DNA from: Alphaproteobacteria bacterium
Lineage (GTDB): Bacteria; Pseudomonadota; Alphaproteobacteria; CALKHQ01
Direction of reading: 5' to 3'
NCBI GenBank assembly: GCA_965227515.1
Contig: CBDDFZ010000001.1
Location: 2,304,001 to 2,368,000, forward strand
DNA: 64,000 nucleotides
A program made the translations under genes and the position numbers. Below the pieces are notes generated by a model that had not been told where the DNA came from, made no database searches, and was given only the letters and a program-made list of their open reading frames with translations. Positions 17,811-27,592 of this stretch are shown here, in pieces; position 1 is the first letter of the stretch; the number at the start of each line of letters is the position of its first letter.

Positions 17811-17864
17811 CCCCGCCGAGCCGATCCTTCCAGTTGCCGCAGAATTCGACAAAGGACATGCATC

Positions 17865-18761
17865 ATGGTTGACACCCCGGTGCCGCCGCAGGCGGTGATC
17901 CGTCCCGTCGGCGAGATCAGTCGCCGGCCGCTGGTCGACTGGCCGGCCATTTTCGCTGGCGCGGTGTTCGCGTCCGCGATCGCCTTCCTGTTCACCACTT
18001 TCGGCGCCGCCATCGGGCTTTCCATGACGTCGCTGATCGACGGCGAGAACTCCGCCATCTGGGCGGTAATCGCGGTCGGGCTGTGGGTGATGTGGGTCGC
18101 CGTTTCCAGTTTCCTGGCCGGCGGCTACGTGACCGGAAGGCTGCGCCGGCCGCTGCCCGACGCCACCCAACATGAGGTCGACGTCCGCGACGGACTGCAT
18201 GGCCTGGTGATGTGGGGCGTTGCCGCCCTCATCGGCGCGCTGCTGGCCGGTGCCACGCTGACCGGTGCCGCGCGGTTCGGTGCCCAGTTCGCCACCGAGA
18301 CGGTGGAGACGGCGGGCGAGGTTGCCGCCGCCGCCGCGTCGGCCGTGGACGGCGGTGACATGGACTACCTGATCGACCGCCTCTATCGCAGCGACGGCAG
18401 CAGCCGGGTCCCCGACGGCGTGCGCGATCAGACCGGCCGCATCCTGGCCCAGGACTTTGGCGAGGACGGCATGGATGGCGACGATCAGGCGTATCTGGTC
18501 GGCCAGATCGCCCAGCGCACGGGGGTGACCGAGGAGGAGGCGCAGGCGCGCCTGACCGGCATCACCGACGAGATGCAGGCCGCCGAAAAGGCGCTCGCCG
18601 ATGCCGCCGACACTGCCCGGCGCGTCGGTGTGCTGTCGGCGTTCCTGATCGCAGCGGCCCTGGTCGTTGGGGCAGGTGCTGCGTGGTGGGCGTCCAGCAT
18701 GGGTGGCCGGCATCGTGACGAAGGCACCGATTTCAGCAACTGGGTCAGGTGGCGTCGCTGA
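17865..18761 (+). CDS. Multi-pass membrane protein with a soluble helical insert
   Basis: AAGGA RBS; VDWPAIFAGA, GGYVTGRLR, RDGLHGLVMW, C-terminal GGRHRD. Confidence 0.75.
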   Translation: MVDTPVPPQAVIRPVGEISRRPLVDWPAIFAGAVFASAIAFLFTTFGAAIGLSMTSLIDGENSAIWAVIAVGLWVMWVAVSSFLAGGYVTGRLRRPLPDATQHEVDVRDGLHGLVMWGVAALIGALLAGATLTGAARFGAQFATETVETAGEVAAAAASAVDGGDMDYLIDRLYRSDGSSRVPDGVRDQTGRILAQDFGEDGMDGDDQAYLVGQIAQRTGVTEEEAQARLTGITDEMQAAEKALADAADTARRVGVLSAFLIAAALVVGAGAAWWASSMGGRHRDEGTDFSNWVRWRR

Positions 18762-18802
18762 CGCCAGACCGCGTCGCCAATGCTTAGAACGAGGACGAGA
18801 CC

Positions 18803-18874
18803 ATGCCGTATCTGATCATGTGGATCCTGGGCGTGCCCCTGTCGGTCATCATCATCCTGGCGCTGCTGCTGTAG
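18803..18874 (+). CDS. 23-aa single-TM small protein MPYLIMWILGVPLSVIIILALLL
   Basis: GAGGA RBS, host-like codons, W-x-LGVP motif; not in the ORF track. Confidence 0.7.
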   Translation: MPYLIMWILGVPLSVIIILALLL

Positions 18875-18884
18875 CCACGACCCC

Positions 18885-19115
18885 CGTCGCCCTCGCCCTT
18901 GTGGCGAGGGCCCATGGGCATCTAGGGCTGGAGAAAAGCCTGACGTGTTCGACCTTCGGGGAATGCCTCGCGCCAGTCGACCGCTACAAGCACCGCGCGT
19001 AGCTTCTAACCAATTGAAATAACTACCATAAATGGATCCTCGGGACAAGCCCGAGGATGACGATGGTGGGTTGTTGAGATGTGTGAATTCAGTAGCAACA
19101 AGGGCGAGGACGACG
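18885..19115. repeat. REP-like (CGTC-type) palindromic element cluster
   Basis: CGTCGCCCTCGCCCTTGTGGCGAGGGCCCATGG (18885-18917), inverted partner at 19032-19062, truncated third arm at 19098-19114. Confidence 0.75.
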
Positions 19116-19181
19116 GCGACTTTATGGCGCGCAAATCTTGGTTGCGAAGCATTTTGCGCGCTCAATGGTCTCCGGAAACGG

Positions 19182-20111
19182 TCACCCGCCGTGTTCGGCC
19201 AGCCAGTCCTCGATCAGGCGGCGCGCGATGCTGTCCTTGCGCGGCAGCTTGAACGTCTCATCCTCCGGTGAGGCCATGACCTGCTCGATGGTCATCCAGC
19301 GCGCCGACTCCAACTCGTCCTTGTCGACCTGGATGTCGGTGGTTGCCGCCCGCGCCCAGAACCCGAGCATGATCGACGAGGGGAAGGGCCAGGGCTGCGA
19401 CGAGTGATAGTGGACGTCGGTGATTTTGATGCCGACCTCTTCCTCCACTTCGCGGGCGACTGCATCCTCCAGGCTCTCGCCGGGCTCCACGAAGCCGGCC
19501 AGCACCGAGTGCATGCCGGGCGGCCAGATCGACTGCCGACCGAGCAGGATCCGTTCGCCGTCATAGACCAGCATGATCACCGCCGGGTCGGTGCGCGGGA
19601 AGTGGCTGATGCCGCAGCCCTGCGAGGTGCAGACCCGCACATGGCCGGCGTCGCGGGCCTCGGTCTTGGCGCCGCAGGCCCCGCAATACTGGTGGCGGGC
19701 GTGCCATTGGGCGAGCGCGCGGGCATAGGCGAGCACGGCGCCGTCATGCCGGCCGAGCAGCGGGCCGACCGCGCGCAGGTCGTCGAACGCCGCCTCGTCG
19801 GCAACCGCCGGCTCGTCCTCGTGCGGCAGGTCGATGGCGAAGTAGGCACTTGTCTCCACCTGGCCCAGGAACATCGGCTCCATGCCATCCCTCAGCAGCT
19901 CGCGGGCCTGCTCGACGGTCAGGGTCACCGGCTCGGGGCGCTCGGCCCGCCGTACCAGGTTGCGCACCCGCCACACCGGTACGATCCGGGTCATCGGATC
20001 GGCCAGCCGCTCCGCCAGCCACGCTGCATCGGTGCGCCGCAAATGGGCGCGGTCCAGCGGCCCGGCGGCGTAGAAGTTCGGTGTCAGCGGTGGCGGCGGG
20101 CGTTTGATCAT
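19182..20111 (-). CDS. nudC: NAD(+)/NADH diphosphatase
   Basis: CGAC...C...C zinc finger, FPRTDP, Nudix box GFVEPGESLEDAVAREVEEE, SQPWPFP. Confidence 0.95.
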   Translation of the reverse strand: MIKRPPPPLTPNFYAAGPLDRAHLRRTDAAWLAERLADPMTRIVPVWRVRNLVRRAERPEPVTLTVEQARELLRDGMEPMFLGQVETSAYFAIDLPHEDEPAVADEAAFDDLRAVGPLLGRHDGAVLAYARALAQWHARHQYCGACGAKTEARDAGHVRVCTSQGCGISHFPRTDPAVIMLVYDGERILLGRQSIWPPGMHSVLAGFVEPGESLEDAVAREVEEEVGIKITDVHYHSSQPWPFPSSIMLGFWARAATTDIQVDKDELESARWMTIEQVMASPEDETFKLPRKDSIARRLIEDWLAEHGG

Positions 20112-20190
20112 GACGGCTCGTGGATATCACATGGCGGCGTGGCTACGCGATGCCCTATGATCCGCACACCCCAACTTCTGCAAGGCGCAC

Positions 20191-20676
20191 ATGCCCGACA
20201 GCCCCGATATCGAAACGCGCCCCGGACCGCGACCCGGACTGCGAATCGTGTCTGGCCGGTTGACGGCGGCCGACATGGCCGAGCTGGAGGCGGACGCCGT
20301 GCCGTTCGTCGCCAATCTCGGCATCCGCTTCATCGAGGTGGGGGATGGGCACGCGACCGCGATCATGCCGGCCGGCGACAGCCATCGCAGGCCCGGTGGC
20401 ACGGTGGCCGGCCCGGCGCTGATGGCGCTGGCCGACTTCGTGGTCTACATCTGCGTGCTGGGGCGGATCGGCCGGGTCGAGCTGGCGGTGACCACCAGCC
20501 TGACCGCCAATTTCCTGCGCCGGCCGCCATTGGGCGAGGTGCGGGCCGAAGGGCGGCTGCTGAAGTGCGGGCGGCGCCTTGCCTATGGCGAGGTCAGCCT
20601 GTTCGCGGCCGATGACGCCGACCCGGTCTGTCACGTCACGGCGACGTATTCCATCCCGCCGGACCGGCCGGGCTGA
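20191..20676 (+). CDS. PaaI-family (hotdog) thioesterase
   Basis: RPGGTVAGPALMALAD, VTTSLTANFLR. Confidence 0.88.
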   Translation: MPDSPDIETRPGPRPGLRIVSGRLTAADMAELEADAVPFVANLGIRFIEVGDGHATAIMPAGDSHRRPGGTVAGPALMALADFVVYICVLGRIGRVELAVTTSLTANFLRRPPLGEVRAEGRLLKCGRRLAYGEVSLFAADDADPVCHVTATYSIPPDRPG

Positions 20677-20690
20677 CCCGTCAGCGTGGC

Positions 20691-23096
20691 TCAGGCCGCC
20701 TTCGCGTTCTTGCGCACGGTGGTCACGCCGGTCAGGGCGGCATAGCTCTCGATCGGCAGCGGCTTGCCGATCAGATAGCCCTGGATGCCGTCGCATTCCT
20801 CGCTGCGCAGCAGCTCCAGCTGCTGGTCGGACTCCACACCCTCCGCGATCACCGGCAGGTTGAGGCCGCGGCCAAGCGCGATGATGGCGCGGATGATGGT
20901 CTGGGTATCGCTTTCGTCGGTCAGGTTCATCACGAAGCTGCGGTCGATCTTCAGCTTGTCGAACGGGAACGATTGCAGCGAGCTCAGTGACGAATAGCCG
21001 GTGCCGAAGTCGTCCATGGCCACCCGCACGCCAAGGTCTTTCAACCGCCGCAGGATCTTCAGCGTACGCGTCTTGTCCTTCAGCAGCACGCCCTCGGTGA
21101 TCTCCAGCTCCAGCCGCTGCGGGGCCAGCCCGGTTTCGGACAGGATGGCCTCCACGTCGTCGGCCAGTTGGCCGTGCTGGAATTGGACCGGCGACAGGTT
21201 GACGGCGATGCCCATGGCGTTCTTCCAGCTTGCCGCCTCGCGGCAGGCTTCGCGCAGCACCCACAGCCCCAGGCGTCCGATCAGGCCGCATTGCTCGGCC
21301 AGCGGGATGAAGTCGGCTGGCGGGATCGGGCCCTTCGTTGGATGGGTCCAGCGCAGCAACGCCTCGAACCCGACGATCTCGCCGGAGGAAGCCTCCGCCT
21401 GCGGCTGATAGACGAGCTGCAACTCCTCGTGGTCGATGGCGTCGCGCAGGTCGATCTCCAGCAGGCGCTGCGCACGCAGGCGCTCGTCCATGTCGGCTTC
21501 AAAGAAACAATGGATGGCGCGGCCATTGGCTTTGGCGCGATAGAGCGCCAGGTCGGCGTTGCGAAGCAGGGTGTCGACGTCGGTGCCGTCGTGGGGGTAC
21601 ATCGCGATGCCGATGCTGGCGCTGGTGCGCAGCTGGACGGCGTCCAGATTGTAGGTGCCGCCAATCTCGTCGAGCAGGCGCTCCGCCAGATAACTGGCGG
21701 AATCCGGCTGCGACATGCTGCATTGCACGATGGCGAACTCGTCGCCGCCCAGGCGGGCGACGGTATCGGTCTCCCGCACGGCGCCCTTCAACCGATCCGC
21801 AACCTGGACCAGAAGTGCGTCGCCGACCGGGTGGCCGTACACGTCGTTGACCTCCTTGAACCGGTCGAGGTCGATGCACATGACGGCAAGCGGCGTGTCG
21901 CCGCGCTGGGCGAGCGCAATGTCATGGCGCAGGCGGCTGGCAAACAGCGTGCGGTTGGCCAGGTCGGTGAGCGGGTCGTGGTGGGCAAGATGCTGGATGT
22001 GCGCTTCGGCGCGCTTCTGGTCGCGCAGGTCGCGCACCAGGATGACGTCGTGCTCGCGGCCACGCTGATGCATCTTGCGCAGCCTGATCTCCACCGGCAC
22101 CTCCGGCTCATCGTCATCGCGGCGCAGGACGGTCTCGACCGCCGGTGCGATGGCGGCGTCAGGCCGTGCCGGGTCGAACAGCTCGTTGCGGCTGTCGGCG
22201 GGAATGTATTCGGTGATGTCGCGCCCCACGACCGCCGCAAGGTCGGCCTTGACCAGCGACACGAAGCTCTTGTTGGCGTCGACGATCTTGCTGCCACGGC
22301 AAATCACGATGCCTTCGGTGCTGGCATTCGCCAGGTCGCGCAGGCGCTCGGTCTCTTCGTTGCCGCGTCGGGCCAGATGCCGGTCGAATGCGGCGCTCGC
22401 GAGCGCCAGAAGCAGTACCGTGAAGGTCGCGATCGAGATCGAGATCGCCAGCCAACGGGTATCGACGACGGCATCGGGAATGGTCTGTGTCGGGTTCGGC
22501 ACAATGGTCGCCGCGGCCATTGCCGTGAAGTGCAAGGCCGCGATGGCGAGCGCCAGCACACCCGCGCCCTGCATGCGCTGCTTCAGGGTCTGGAAGTTGC
22601 TCGCGAGCATGCAGGCCACGACACTGAGCGTGATACCCAAGACCCAGGATGCGATGAATAGGCCGGCATCGTAGGTGAGCATGCCCGGGACGGCGAGCGC
22701 CGCCATGCCGGTGAAATGCATGGTGCCGATACCGCATCCGACCAGGATGCCGGTCGTGACGCGGGCCCAGGTCTGCTGCCAGATCTGCGACACCGTCAGG
22801 CCCAGGCCCGTGACCACAATGGCCACCACGACCGACAACAGCGTCAGAGTGATGTCGTACGCGGTTGGCATGCCCGGCGCGTAGGCAAGCATGGCAATGA
22901 AATGCGTCGACCAGATCGCGCTGCCCAATGCGACGGCGGACACCGCCAGCCACGCATACTGCCAGCGTCCCTCGCTGGCGCGCGCGCGGGCGAGCAGGTT
23001 CGATGCGGTGAACGTGCCGAAGCCGCAAACGATGACGGCCAATGCGACCAGCCAAAGGTCGTGTCGATCAACGATACAGGTATAGACGGCGTACAT
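20691..23096 (-). CDS. MHYT-PAS-GGDEF-EAL diguanylate cyclase/phosphodiesterase
   Basis: THFIAM/MHFTGM/LHFTAM repeats, RETD I-site plus GGDEF, FEALL, DDFGTGYSS. Confidence 0.93.
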   Translation of the reverse strand: MYAVYTCIVDRHDLWLVALAVIVCGFGTFTASNLLARARASEGRWQYAWLAVSAVALGSAIWSTHFIAMLAYAPGMPTAYDITLTLLSVVVAIVVTGLGLTVSQIWQQTWARVTTGILVGCGIGTMHFTGMAALAVPGMLTYDAGLFIASWVLGITLSVVACMLASNFQTLKQRMQGAGVLALAIAALHFTAMAAATIVPNPTQTIPDAVVDTRWLAISISIATFTVLLLALASAAFDRHLARRGNEETERLRDLANASTEGIVICRGSKIVDANKSFVSLVKADLAAVVGRDITEYIPADSRNELFDPARPDAAIAPAVETVLRRDDDEPEVPVEIRLRKMHQRGREHDVILVRDLRDQKRAEAHIQHLAHHDPLTDLANRTLFASRLRHDIALAQRGDTPLAVMCIDLDRFKEVNDVYGHPVGDALLVQVADRLKGAVRETDTVARLGGDEFAIVQCSMSQPDSASYLAERLLDEIGGTYNLDAVQLRTSASIGIAMYPHDGTDVDTLLRNADLALYRAKANGRAIHCFFEADMDERLRAQRLLEIDLRDAIDHEELQLVYQPQAEASSGEIVGFEALLRWTHPTKGPIPPADFIPLAEQCGLIGRLGLWVLREACREAASWKNAMGIAVNLSPVQFQHGQLADDVEAILSETGLAPQRLELEITEGVLLKDKTRTLKILRRLKDLGVRVAMDDFGTGYSSLSSLQSFPFDKLKIDRSFVMNLTDESDTQTIIRAIIALGRGLNLPVIAEGVESDQQLELLRSEECDGIQGYLIGKPLPIESYAALTGVTTVRKNAKAA

Positions 23097-23227
23097 GGCG
23101 TTTCATCTGCTGGGGGTGGGCAGACGGGGAGTATTCGCGCCGGCATCCTAATATTTACTGAAGCCAATACGGTCGCAGGCCAGCTCAAATTTGTAATGAA
23201 TGCGAGGGGTGGCGACCGGCGACCGCG

Positions 23228-24034
23228 CTACACGACCTGGATCTTCAGGGCGCCCAGGTCCTCGATCTCGATCTCGACCGTCTGCTCGGCGTCCGGCCAG
23301 TAGGTCTTGACCAGGCTGCCAAGGGTTACGATCTGGCCGGCATGCAGGCCATGGGCTCCGGACGCCGGGCCATTGGCCAGCCAGGCGAGGGCGGCCAGCG
23401 GATCGCCCAGGATGTCGGCGCCGGTGCCGCTGCCGATCTCGCTGCCGTCGATCAGCAGGCGCCCGCCGAGGCGCTTCAGGTCGCGCGGGTCGAGGTCGAC
23501 GTTGGGCAGCCCGACGACGCACCCGTCATGGAAGAAGTCGTCGGCGACCAGGGTGAACACGTCGAGCGCGCGGTAGTCGACGTAGCGGTCGTCGACCACT
23601 TCGATGGAGGCCATGGCGGCACCAACCGCGCCGGCCACGTCGTCGATGTCGTAGGGCCGCCCGGCGGCCGGCAGGTCGGCGGACAACTGCACCGCGAGTT
23701 CGCATTCCATGCCGATGCGGCAATAGTCGCGCGCCGCCAATTCCACGCCGGTCTGCCACAGATGGTCGGCCAGCATGTGGCCTGCGCAGGGGCTTGGAAT
23801 GCCCAGATATTCCTGCATCACCGCGGTGGTGCAGCCGATCTTCCAGCCGGCGTGCCGGCCGCGGCCGCGTCGCCCCAGTTCGTCGGTCACCAGGTTCTGG
23901 ATCGCGTAGGCATCGGCTTCGCCGGTGGGCCGGTGCGCGTCGTCGAAACCGTCGAATGGTTGTGCAGCGCCGCGCCGCGCGGCGAGTATCTCCGCCGCTT
24001 CCCGCTGCTGCTGGTCGCTGCCGGCCGCGCTCAT
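23228..24034 (-). CDS. 2-keto-4-pentenoate hydratase (FAA hydrolase family)
   Basis: GWKIGCT, ECELA, IEVVDDRY, LAWLAN, GQIVTLGS. Confidence 0.82.
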   Translation of the reverse strand: MSAAGSDQQQREAAEILAARRGAAQPFDGFDDAHRPTGEADAYAIQNLVTDELGRRGRGRHAGWKIGCTTAVMQEYLGIPSPCAGHMLADHLWQTGVELAARDYCRIGMECELAVQLSADLPAAGRPYDIDDVAGAVGAAMASIEVVDDRYVDYRALDVFTLVADDFFHDGCVVGLPNVDLDPRDLKRLGGRLLIDGSEIGSGTGADILGDPLAALAWLANGPASGAHGLHAGQIVTLGSLVKTYWPDAEQTVEIEIEDLGALKIQVV

Positions 24035-24058
24035 GCCTGCTGGCTCATTCGGGCACGC

Positions 24059-24820
24059 TCACTCGGGCGGGTCGCCGGGCTCGTGGCCCAGGCTGCGGAT
24101 CAGCGCGCGGATTTCGTCGGCCACCGCTTCCACCTCGGCGACATCGGTGCCGCGGGTAACCAGGCTGGTGCCAAACCGGCCGCCGCCATAGAAGGGATAG
24201 GAGCCGATGTCGACGCCGGGGTGGGCGGCCTGGATATCGCCCAGCCCCTTGGCGACGGTGCCCTCGCCAATCGGGGCGATCACGGTGCGCGAGACGACCT
24301 CCGCGCCGCCCTTCAGGGTGTGCTTGAAGCCGTCGAACATCGCCTGCATGATCCGCGGCACGCCGGCCATGACGTAGACATTGCCGACCTGGAAACCGGG
24401 CGCGCCGCTGACCGGGTTGTCGATCAGCGCGGCCCCCTCCGGCACGTCGGCCATCTTCAGCCGGGATTCGTTCAGCTCGATATCGCTGTCGGCATAGTGG
24501 CTTTCCAGCCTGCGGCGGGCTTCCGGATCGCGCACCACCTTGACGCCGAACGCCTTGGCCACCGACGCCGCGGTGATGTCGTCGTGGGTGGGGCCGATGC
24601 CGCCGGTGGTGAACACATAGTCATGGGCGGCGCGCAGGGCATTGACCGTCTCGACGATGGTGTCCTCGACGTCGGGCACCACCCGCACTTCGCGCAGTTG
24701 CACGCCGACCTCGTTCAGCCCCTTGCCCAGATAGGCCATGTTGAGGTCCTGGGTGCGGCCGGACAGGATCTCGTTGCCGATGATGACCAGGGCGGCGGTG
24801 ACGGTGCCGGCATCAGACAT
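24059..24820 (-). CDS. Competence/damage-inducible CinA N-terminal (molybdopterin-binding) domain protein
   Basis: IGNEILSGRTQDLN, TTGGIGPTHDDIT, MAGVP. Confidence 0.88.
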   Translation of the reverse strand: MSDAGTVTAALVIIGNEILSGRTQDLNMAYLGKGLNEVGVQLREVRVVPDVEDTIVETVNALRAAHDYVFTTGGIGPTHDDITAASVAKAFGVKVVRDPEARRRLESHYADSDIELNESRLKMADVPEGAALIDNPVSGAPGFQVGNVYVMAGVPRIMQAMFDGFKHTLKGGAEVVSRTVIAPIGEGTVAKGLGDIQAAHPGVDIGSYPFYGGGRFGTSLVTRGTDVAEVEAVADEIRALIRSLGHEPGDPPE

Positions 24821-25187
24821 TTGTCGGTTCCGCCTTGTCGTCGTCCTCGTCCTCCTCGATCTCCTCCTCGACGTCGCCGGCATCGCGATAGCCGTGCTGG
24901 CGCATGCAGCTTTCCACCAGGTCGGAGCGGCGATAGCGGTCGTCATAGGCGCGCAGGTCGTCGCGCAGCCCGAAGTCCTCGCGACCCGCCGCGACACCGA
25001 CCTGGGTGTCGGCAATGGTGGCGGCGAAGTCGTCGACCTGCTCCTCGGCATACGCCTCGCAGCGCGCGAGCATGGCCTCGGTTTCCGCCTCGGTGGCGCC
25101 GGCCTTGACCCATGTCGTGCTGAAACAGGCTGTCAGCAACAGGCAGGGCAGGGCGGCGAGGCTGAGCTTCAGGGGGGTGGAAAGCAC
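24813..25187 (-). CDS. Small lipoprotein
   Basis: GTG start; lipobox LTAC; WVKAGAT...C...CMRQHGY pattern. Confidence 0.6.
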   Translation of the reverse strand: MLSTPLKLSLAALPCLLLTACFSTTWVKAGATEAETEAMLARCEAYAEEQVDDFAATIADTQVGVAAGREDFGLRDDLRAYDDRYRRSDLVESCMRQHGYRDAGDVEEEIEEDEDDDKAEPTNV

Positions 25188-25370
25188 GTGCAGGCTCCGT
25201 GGCGGTCGGTTTGCGCGGGCACGAGGCGGACTCGCGCGGTAGGCCGGCGCAGCATAAACCATACCGCCACCCATGTGGCATTCCTCAATGCAGGGCGATA
25301 AGGTCGCTGGCGCGGCGGTGCCAGCAAGAAGTGCTGCCTGAACGAATACGTCCACCTGGGGGAAGAACAC

Positions 25371-26888
25371 ATGCCGGCAGCAGTCGACGGGCTGACCATC
25401 GGGCTCGACATCGGCACCAGTGGCGCCAAGGCGGTGCTGGTGGGCCCCGACGGGTCCATCGTGGCGTCGGCCGATGCGGCCTATCCGCTGGCGACGCCGC
25501 GCCCGGGCTGGACCGAGCAGGATCCCGCCGACTGGTGGCGGGCAACCGTCGACATCCTGCGCCGCCTCGCCGCCGCCGCGCCGTCACCGCCGGTGGCGCT
25601 AGGGCTGACCGGCCAGATGCATGGTGCGACCTTCCTGGATTGCGACCACGAGGTCATCCGCTCCGCCCTGTTGTGGAACGACCAGCGCACGGCGGCGGAG
25701 TGCGATGAGATCACCCAACGGGTCGGCGCCGATACGCTGAAACGGATCGCCGGCAATCCGGCGCTGACCGGCTTTCAGGCCCCGAAGATCCTGTGGCTGC
25801 GCAATCACGAGCCGGAGGCCTATGCGCGAGTTACGGCCGTGTTGCTGCCGAAGGACTTCATCCGCTTGCGGCTGACCGGAGCCATGGCAACCGATGCGTC
25901 CGATGCCGCCGGCACGCTATTGCTGGACCTGAGTACGCGCACCTGGTCGCCGGAGTTGCTGAGAGCGCTCGACATACCTGAAGCATGGCTGCCGCGCGTC
26001 TACGAAGGCCCCGATGTCTGTGCCGCGATCAGCGACGAGGCCGCGGCGGCGACCGGGTTGCCGGCCGGCCTGCCGGTGGTCGCCGGCGGTGGCGACAACG
26101 CGGCGGCGGCGGTTGGCTGCGGCGTGGTGGAGGCGGGTCGCGGGTTCGTGTCGGTCGGCACGTCCGGGGTCGTGTTCGTGCATGCCGATGAGCCGAAGGT
26201 GGACTCCACCGGCGCGCTCCATGCCTTTTGCCATGCGGTGCCGCGCGGCAATCACCTGATGGGCGTGGTGCTGTCGGCCGGCGGTGCGCTGCGCTGGTTC
26301 CGCGACGTGGTTGGCGGCGGCGGTGGGCAGGGCAATGGCGATGAGTTCGGCGGTTTCGAGGGCATTCTGGAGGCGGCGGCCGGCGTGCCGCCGGGCTGCG
26401 ACGGCGTGCTGTTCCTGCCCTATCTGTCTGGCGAGCGCACTCCGCACATGGACCCGGATGCGCGCGCGGCGTGGACCGGCCTAAGCCTCGCCCACGGGCG
26501 CGACCACATGGCCCGCGCGGTGCTGGAGGGCGTGGCCTTCGCGCTGCGCCAGTCGGTCGACCTGATCCAGGGGCTGGGCACGCCCATCGACGGGCTCTAT
26601 GCCGTTGGCGGCGGCGTGCGCGGCGCGTTGTGGCGGCAAATCCTGGCCGCGGTGCTGCGTCAGCCGTTGCAGCGCCTGGCGGCGGAGGAGGGGCCGGCGT
26701 TCGGCGCCGCCGTGCTGGCGGCCGTTGGCGCCGGCGTGCATGCCGACCTCAACGCGGCGGTGAAGGCGGTGGTTCGGCCGCTGGGCCCGCCCGAGGCGCC
26801 GGACCCGGCGTTGATGGAGGCCTACGAGGCACCTTACGCGGCCTATAACGCCCTCTACCCGGCGCTGAAGGCCGCCCGCGAGAGGTAG
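25371..26888 (+). CDS. xylB: Xylulokinase
   Basis: GLDIGTSGAKA, LTGQMHG, WNDQR, GGGDN, PYLSGERTP. Confidence 0.88.
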   Translation: MPAAVDGLTIGLDIGTSGAKAVLVGPDGSIVASADAAYPLATPRPGWTEQDPADWWRATVDILRRLAAAAPSPPVALGLTGQMHGATFLDCDHEVIRSALLWNDQRTAAECDEITQRVGADTLKRIAGNPALTGFQAPKILWLRNHEPEAYARVTAVLLPKDFIRLRLTGAMATDASDAAGTLLLDLSTRTWSPELLRALDIPEAWLPRVYEGPDVCAAISDEAAAATGLPAGLPVVAGGGDNAAAAVGCGVVEAGRGFVSVGTSGVVFVHADEPKVDSTGALHAFCHAVPRGNHLMGVVLSAGGALRWFRDVVGGGGGQGNGDEFGGFEGILEAAAGVPPGCDGVLFLPYLSGERTPHMDPDARAAWTGLSLAHGRDHMARAVLEGVAFALRQSVDLIQGLGTPIDGLYAVGGGVRGALWRQILAAVLRQPLQRLAAEEGPAFGAAVLAAVGAGVHADLNAAVKAVVRPLGPPEAPDPALMEAYEAPYAAYNALYPALKAARER

Positions 26889-26949
26889 AGCGCAGGGCGT
26901 CAGTTCTGCATCTGCATCAGCACTTGGGCTTGCCGCCACGCCACTGACA

Positions 26950-27093
26950 CCATTGTCATCCTTGACCGGCGCGCCTGGAACTTGTTCCGCGTGCCGGGTC
27001 GAGGATCCATCGATGATTTCGCGCGAAAGGTGGAATGGATCCCCGGCGCTCGGTCCATCGCTGCGCTTGGACCTCGGCCAAGGATGACAATGG
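26950..27093. repeat. REP-like inverted-repeat element
   Basis: CCATTGTCATCCTTGACC ... GGCCAAGGATGACAATGG terminal inverted arms with internal GGATCCAT/ATGGATCC. Confidence 0.65.
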
Positions 27094-27200
27094 GGGAGTT
27101 GTTAGTGCCCGGCGATCTGGGGCCGGTGTCGACTAATGCGATCATGCTCCAGCGACCGACGCACTTCTCTCAGGTCTTTTCGGGCGAGCGCCGGCTCGAA

Positions 27201-27447
27201 CCCATCCGATCCCATGCCGGTGCCCATCGGCGCACCATGCCATCCCATGCGAGGCCGAAACCCCGGCCGTCAGGTGTCGAGACGCGGCCTGTAATTACGC
27301 GCAAATGGTGCTAGCGCGACAGTCGATCTGCGAACAATTCATGAACGATTACTTTGCCGATCCCATCGAGCAGGCGCACTTGTCTCGACAAAATGCATTC
27401 ATCCCATGCAAAACCATTGAATCCCATAAATCACCATGCTACACCAA
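27201..27447. promoter_or_regulatory. Two arrays of phased (C/A)CCAT boxes, putative MraZ operator of the dcw promoter
   Basis: Boxes at 27201, 27211, 27223, 27234, 27244 and at 27403, 27413, 27423, 27433, 27443 (last is ACCAA); they read TGGG/TGGT on the minus strand. Confidence 0.65.
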
Positions 27448-27592
27448 TTTCATCCAGGTGGTTTGGGCGCATTGAACCCACCCGGAGACACCCCGAGACG
27501 CATGTGGGCAATTGGTGAAGTCGGGGTGATCGCGAAACCTCCCGATGCGGCGGGAAACGGTCGCCGGGATGGCTGGCACAGGGGAGAGGCAT

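Noticed and set aside
20691-23096. MHYT-PAS-GGDEF-EAL protein as a novelty
   Set aside because: Common architecture with canonical motifs.
26889-27592. RNase P RNA (rnpB), often upstream of mraZ in Alphaproteobacteria
   Set aside because: The conserved GAGGAAAGTCC and ACAGAA..CGGCTTA segments are not visible on either strand.
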